The notes under the pieces are model-generated. The model made no database searches. It was given only the letters and a program-made list of their open reading frames with translations, and was not told the DNA's origin. A DNA stretch of 64,000 bases from positions 96,001 through 160,000 of the forward strand of contig CAVUZH010000024.1 in NCBI GenBank assembly GCA_963745835.1. The letters are read 5' to 3'. The position numbers and the translations under genes were made by a program. This document shows positions 60,283 through 64,000 of this stretch, one piece after another. The stretch's first letter is position 1. Every line of letters starts with the position of its first letter. The stretch is from an uncultured delta proteobacterium (GTDB lineage Bacteria > Desulfobacterota > Binatia > UBA9968).

Positions 60283-62136
60283 CTAACGATTGTCAGCCAG
60301 GATCGCGTCCGCAGCCTTTTCACCGATCATGTACACGGCGCTGACGATAAAGAAGCCTGGAATGCGCGGAAATACCGAAGCATCGACAACCCGTAGCCCT
60401 CTGGTGCCGTGCACCTGGAAATCGCTCGTTAGCACCCCGCCTTTTTCTTTGGCCCCGATTGGGCAAGTGCAGGAAGCATGGTGACCCCAGGCGTTGTTGC
60501 GCACGTAATCGCCAAGCTCGGCATCCGATTGAACCTGACTACCCGGCAATTCCTCCTCTGAAATGACCTTCTCTGTTCTGAGCGCTGCTGTCATTTTGCG
60601 CACGAACTTGATGCCTTCGACAACGCTGTCGAGGTCCTCTCCACTCGTGTCGCTACCCTCATCGAAATAGCGAAAATTGATTGTCGGGGTATCTCTTGGA
60701 TCTGACGAGCGCAAGCTCACCGCCCCCGCGTTGTTGCGGGTATGCGCTTTCAACACCACCCAACTCAAATAGTTGTGGTGCGCTGATATCAGTTGTGAGT
60801 ATCCCGGGAAATAGCCCTTGAATTTGCCGATAAAGCCGAGGCAGAACAGATCCGGGACGGTACGACTCGGCTGGGATTTCTTAACCACCACCAGCGCTGC
60901 GCCGGCAGTGGCATACACACCCTTCCTATCTGCGGCCCATTCTCGATACTGCGGATCGCTGCTATCGAACTTTGCCGCTGCCAATACATTCCAGTCCTGC
61001 GTCATGCGATTGACGACACTCACCTCATAACGGTCCTGCAGATTCCTGCCGACGCCGGGAAGGTCGATCCGCACTTTGATGCCGTGAGATTGCAAGTCCT
61101 CTCGTGGGCCTATGCCGGACAGCATGAGCAATTGGGGGGTATTAAAAGCTCCGCCGCACAAGATCGTCTCTCGCGCAGCAAACGCTTGGCGTATTTCTCC
61201 TGGCTCGCTGCTGGGATCACTATGGGCGCGGTACAGACGCTCCCCTTTGAGGTACTCGACGCCTAATGCGCGATTATCCTGGTCGAACAGCACTCGCGTC
61301 ACCAGAGCGTGAGGCTCGATGTGCAGCTTACGGGGGTATCTCTTGGCCACGTCCAAGACGCGCTCGCGAGTGCCGATGCGCCCCTGATTGCACGTGGTCA
61401 GAGGTGTGTAGCGCACGCCGAACGAATTAGACTGCACCAAGCGCCAGTCATTGGGATCGTGCTGCGATTTGATCGACCATCTAACTTGCGTCAGCGGATC
61501 TCCCATTTCTTTGAATGCCTTCAGCGCCGATCCCTTGATCATGTCCATCATGTCTCGATCGCCCAGCGCCAATCTGGGATCTCTTCGCTCGGTAGTCAGC
61601 CAACCGCTGAAACCATGGCGCGTTGGATTTAATCCCAAGATTTTCTTTAGCCAGCGATAGGGAGGTCGATGGCGGCAGTCTTCCAGACGCTCGAAGTACC
61701 GGCGCATGTTTTCAGCTCGCCAGGAAGGATCGCCCGTCAGGTCGGCGATATCGTCCCAATCTTGATTGTGCGGATAGACCAGAATCATTGCGTTATGGCT
61801 CGTGCAACCGCCCAACGCGCCGGCGCGAGGATAAAGGACGCCGTCTCTCATGGCCGTGAATTTAGAGTCTTTCTTCTGGCGCTCGTCATCATCGTAGTGG
61901 CGCACGAAGAAATCCCACCTCAAGGCAGGATTCTCAGATGCGAAAGGATGAAAGGCAGGGACTTGGTAGTCTTCCGGCAAACGTGTGCCGGCTAGACCTA
62001 GGGGATCGCCGCCCGCTTCCAGAAGCAAGACCGTGCGTCCGGCTTCGGCCAATCGCGCGGCGACTGTGCCGCCGCCGGCGCCCGATCCGACGACGACGTA
62101 ATCATATCCATTGGATGGCAAATCCGCGGCAGACAT
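60283..62136 (-). CDS. GMC family FAD oxidoreductase
   Basis: VVGSGAGGG, LLLEAG, LGGCTSHNAM, TPQLLMLSGIG, GVGRNLQD, GHHASCTC, GLRVVDASVFP, GEKAAD. Confidence 0.93.
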   Translation of the reverse strand: MSAADLPSNGYDYVVVGSGAGGGTVAARLAEAGRTVLLLEAGGDPLGLAGTRLPEDYQVPAFHPFASENPALRWDFFVRHYDDDERQKKDSKFTAMRDGVLYPRAGALGGCTSHNAMILVYPHNQDWDDIADLTGDPSWRAENMRRYFERLEDCRHRPPYRWLKKILGLNPTRHGFSGWLTTERRDPRLALGDRDMMDMIKGSALKAFKEMGDPLTQVRWSIKSQHDPNDWRLVQSNSFGVRYTPLTTCNQGRIGTRERVLDVAKRYPRKLHIEPHALVTRVLFDQDNRALGVEYLKGERLYRAHSDPSSEPGEIRQAFAARETILCGGAFNTPQLLMLSGIGPREDLQSHGIKVRIDLPGVGRNLQDRYEVSVVNRMTQDWNVLAAAKFDSSDPQYREWAADRKGVYATAGAALVVVKKSQPSRTVPDLFCLGFIGKFKGYFPGYSQLISAHHNYLSWVVLKAHTRNNAGAVSLRSSDPRDTPTINFRYFDEGSDTSGEDLDSVVEGIKFVRKMTAALRTEKVISEEELPGSQVQSDAELGDYVRNNAWGHHASCTCPIGAKEKGGVLTSDFQVHGTRGLRVVDASVFPRIPGFFIVSAVYMIGEKAADAILADNR

Positions 62137-62406
62137 TTTTATTGAAGCTCGCCGGATAACATTGCTAGCGCGGATTATTCATTCTTCGAAAAGCACGACA
62201 CCGTGTTGCCGGGGAGTCAGCCTCGGAGCGAGCGGGCGGAGGAACGTAAAAGCTGCGCCTACCTGTAACGGAATTGGTAATCGGCTTCGTTTTCTTCCTG
62301 CTGTACACTCTACCACTTATATTTAGTCGGCGGCCTCAAGAAACAGGCCCATTGCTCGCGCTCGCAAACTCGCTCCTCGGACATGGTTCTGTGAATAAAT
62401 TTCGTA

Positions 62407-64000
62407 TTAGAACGTCTTCAAGAATTCGATCAACGCTCGTTTATCTTCGTCGCTCAGCGGCGTCTCTTCCTTCAGCAAACTCGTGCCGAAGTAGTGGCCC
62501 CGGTTGACGACGAAATCCGGACACTTGCTGACCTGCAAGAGATCAGGCACGAGGTTTTTAAACACCTCGGCCGCTTCCTGTTCGCTCTTGCCTTCTACCG
62601 CCTTGAGATCGGCTTTCATCTTCAATAACAGCTTAGCCAAATCGATTTTGCTGCTCTCTAAGTCGATATTCGTAAGCAGATTCACCGGAGTGCCCTTCGG
62701 AATGGGGCCGATTTGCACCCCTTCTTCATTAAACAGCCAAGGCAACCAGCGCGCTCCCAAATCATTCCAGCTGAGCAGATGGTTCAGAGAAGCGGGTAAG
62801 AACCCGGGGGCGAGTTTGATATAGCTCGTCGCGGTGGTGCGATAGATGAACCCCGGCACCTTGTCAGCGAGAATCGGGTCTTTGTCACGCTTTTCCGGCC
62901 ACAGCATTTTTTCTATCGAATCATTGAACGACTCCATGCGCGCCTCCACGGATGGTGACGGATTGAACTTGCCGACTGAATTGTTGAGCAGAAAAGGCGC
63001 CGTTGACCACAAGCTAATTAGCGAGGGCACGCGGGTATAGCCGCGCCCATTGCCGGGCATCTCGTATTCCTGCGGGCTGCCGTCGATCGGGTTGTGCACG
63101 GTAATCTTGCCCACCGATGGCAAGTCTTTATAGGTTTGCGATGAGTAATTGTCCCAGATGTTGCCGCCGAGAGCATTGGTCGCCAGCGGACTGCAAGCGT
63201 TGGTCTGGAGCAAGGTAACAGGAATGCGGCGGTCCGTGGACAAATAATTATCGACGAGAAAATCATCCGCCATCACCATCTCAGTCATTTTTTTCTTGAA
63301 GTCGTCGGTCTTGGTCCATTTCCAGTATTGCTCCCAATCCCGTTCATCCACACCAGCGGACGCTGCGGGAATCTTGCTCGAATGACAGCGCGCGCAGGTC
63401 TCCGCGAACACCGTCTTGCCGCGAGCCAACTGAGCTTGATCCTTGGTCAGATATTGCTCGCCACCCGGAACATTCTTGAGCAGATCCGGCTGCGCCGTCT
63501 TGAGGAAGAACAGCGCAACATCCGGAGTCTGGGCCACGGTTGCGTTCCAGTAGCTCGAATTTTTTTCGGCATCCTCAATCCTAATGGGCGTGATTTTTTT
63601 TCCGCCTACTAGAGCATTGAAATGCAGCAGCCACTCTTCGCTGAACAGCCCAATGTTGATGAACACGCGATTCAGCGCCCCAAGCACGCCGACGGAATCC
63701 GCACCGTCTTTTAGGATGCGCGGCGTCCATACGGTGTCGGGTGGTTTATGGTACTGCGCCAAAGCCGCGGTTTGCTTGAAGTCTTGGAACTGCTTGTTCT
63801 TGACTCCTCCGCCGGCGAGTTTTTCCTCTCCCCAGCGTTCGGCCGCCTTTAAACGCGCCGCGACGCTGTAGACGGCGTTCATTGTGCGCGGGTTATTGAT
63901 GTAGTCGGTGGAAATAAACGATGTGTCTAAAGTACCCGGCAATGACGTATGGAGCAGTTGCTGGATGAAATTGGCGTCATCCTTTTCCCAGAAAAGAATC
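62407..64000 (-). CDS. Large cytochrome c protein, RoxA/CcP-like C-terminal half; 5' end outside window
   Basis: Frame is open to the window end (ILFWEKDDANFIQQLLHTSLPGT...); ARGKTVFAETCARCH (CxxCH); RVPSLISLWSTAPFLLNNSVG; NRGHYFG..LSDEDKRALIEFLKTF. Confidence 0.85.
   Translation of the reverse strand, partial: ILFWEKDDANFIQQLLHTSLPGTLDTSFISTDYINNPRTMNAVYSVAARLKAAERWGEEKLAGGGVKNKQFQDFKQTAALAQYHKPPDTVWTPRILKDGADSVGVLGALNRVFINIGLFSEEWLLHFNALVGGKKITPIRIEDAEKNSSYWNATVAQTPDVALFFLKTAQPDLLKNVPGGEQYLTKDQAQLARGKTVFAETCARCHSSKIPAASAGVDERDWEQYWKWTKTDDFKKKMTEMVMADDFLVDNYLSTDRRIPVTLLQTNACSPLATNALGGNIWDNYSSQTYKDLPSVGKITVHNPIDGSPQEYEMPGNGRGYTRVPSLISLWSTAPFLLNNSVGKFNPSPSVEARMESFNDSIEKMLWPEKRDKDPILADKVPGFIYRTTATSYIKLAPGFLPASLNHLLSWNDLGARWLPWLFNEEGVQIGPIPKGTPVNLLTNIDLESSKIDLAKLLLKMKADLKAVEGKSEQEAAEVFKNLVPDLLQVSKCPDFVVNRGHYFGTSLLKEETPLSDEDKRALIEFLKTF

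Noticed and set aside
1-64000. CRISPR arrays, rRNA, tRNA, integrases, transposases and prophage genes
   Set aside because: No regularly spaced repeats or diagnostic motifs were seen.

Overview
Bacterial chromosomal window of about 55% GC by eye. Gene order and content (deltaproteobacterial-type yceD-rpmF-plsX-fab-rpiB-glyA-nrdR-rib-nusB-leuS block, many orphan NMT1/TctC solute-binding proteins, amidohydrolase-2) suggest a Desulfobacterota-related lineage such as Ca. Binatia; this taxonomy is inference. Bases 1-31 kb are mostly housekeeping: murJ, rpsT, lptE, leuS, riboflavin, fatty acid, queG, lpxC, an NtrY-like kinase, ruvCAB, rlpA and acnA. Bases 32-64 kb are accessory: tandem exported methyltransferases, a putative nucleoid protein, aromatic-acid catabolic genes, a CymR-like/sulfite reductase/siroheme/ABC cluster, orphan binding proteins and PagL. 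The window ends in a heme-enzyme trio (alpha-dioxygenase-like peroxidase, atypical GMC oxidoreductase, RoxA/CcP-like cytochrome c) that runs off the edge. Single-base frameshifts in essential genes (plsX, lpxC) and densely at 43-46.8 kb point to long-read indel errors. Best candidates for undescribed biology: (1) an NtrY-like kinase coupled to an apparent receiver-domain-LpxC fusion; (2) the heme-enzyme trio; (3) a RibBA with a dead RibB domain; (4) a coiled-coil/AT-hook/wHTH protein; (5) a triad-less HtrA-like protein; (6) a fab operon lacking both condensing enzymes. No rRNA, tRNA, CRISPR array or transposase was found. All family assignments are by motif recognition, not database search.
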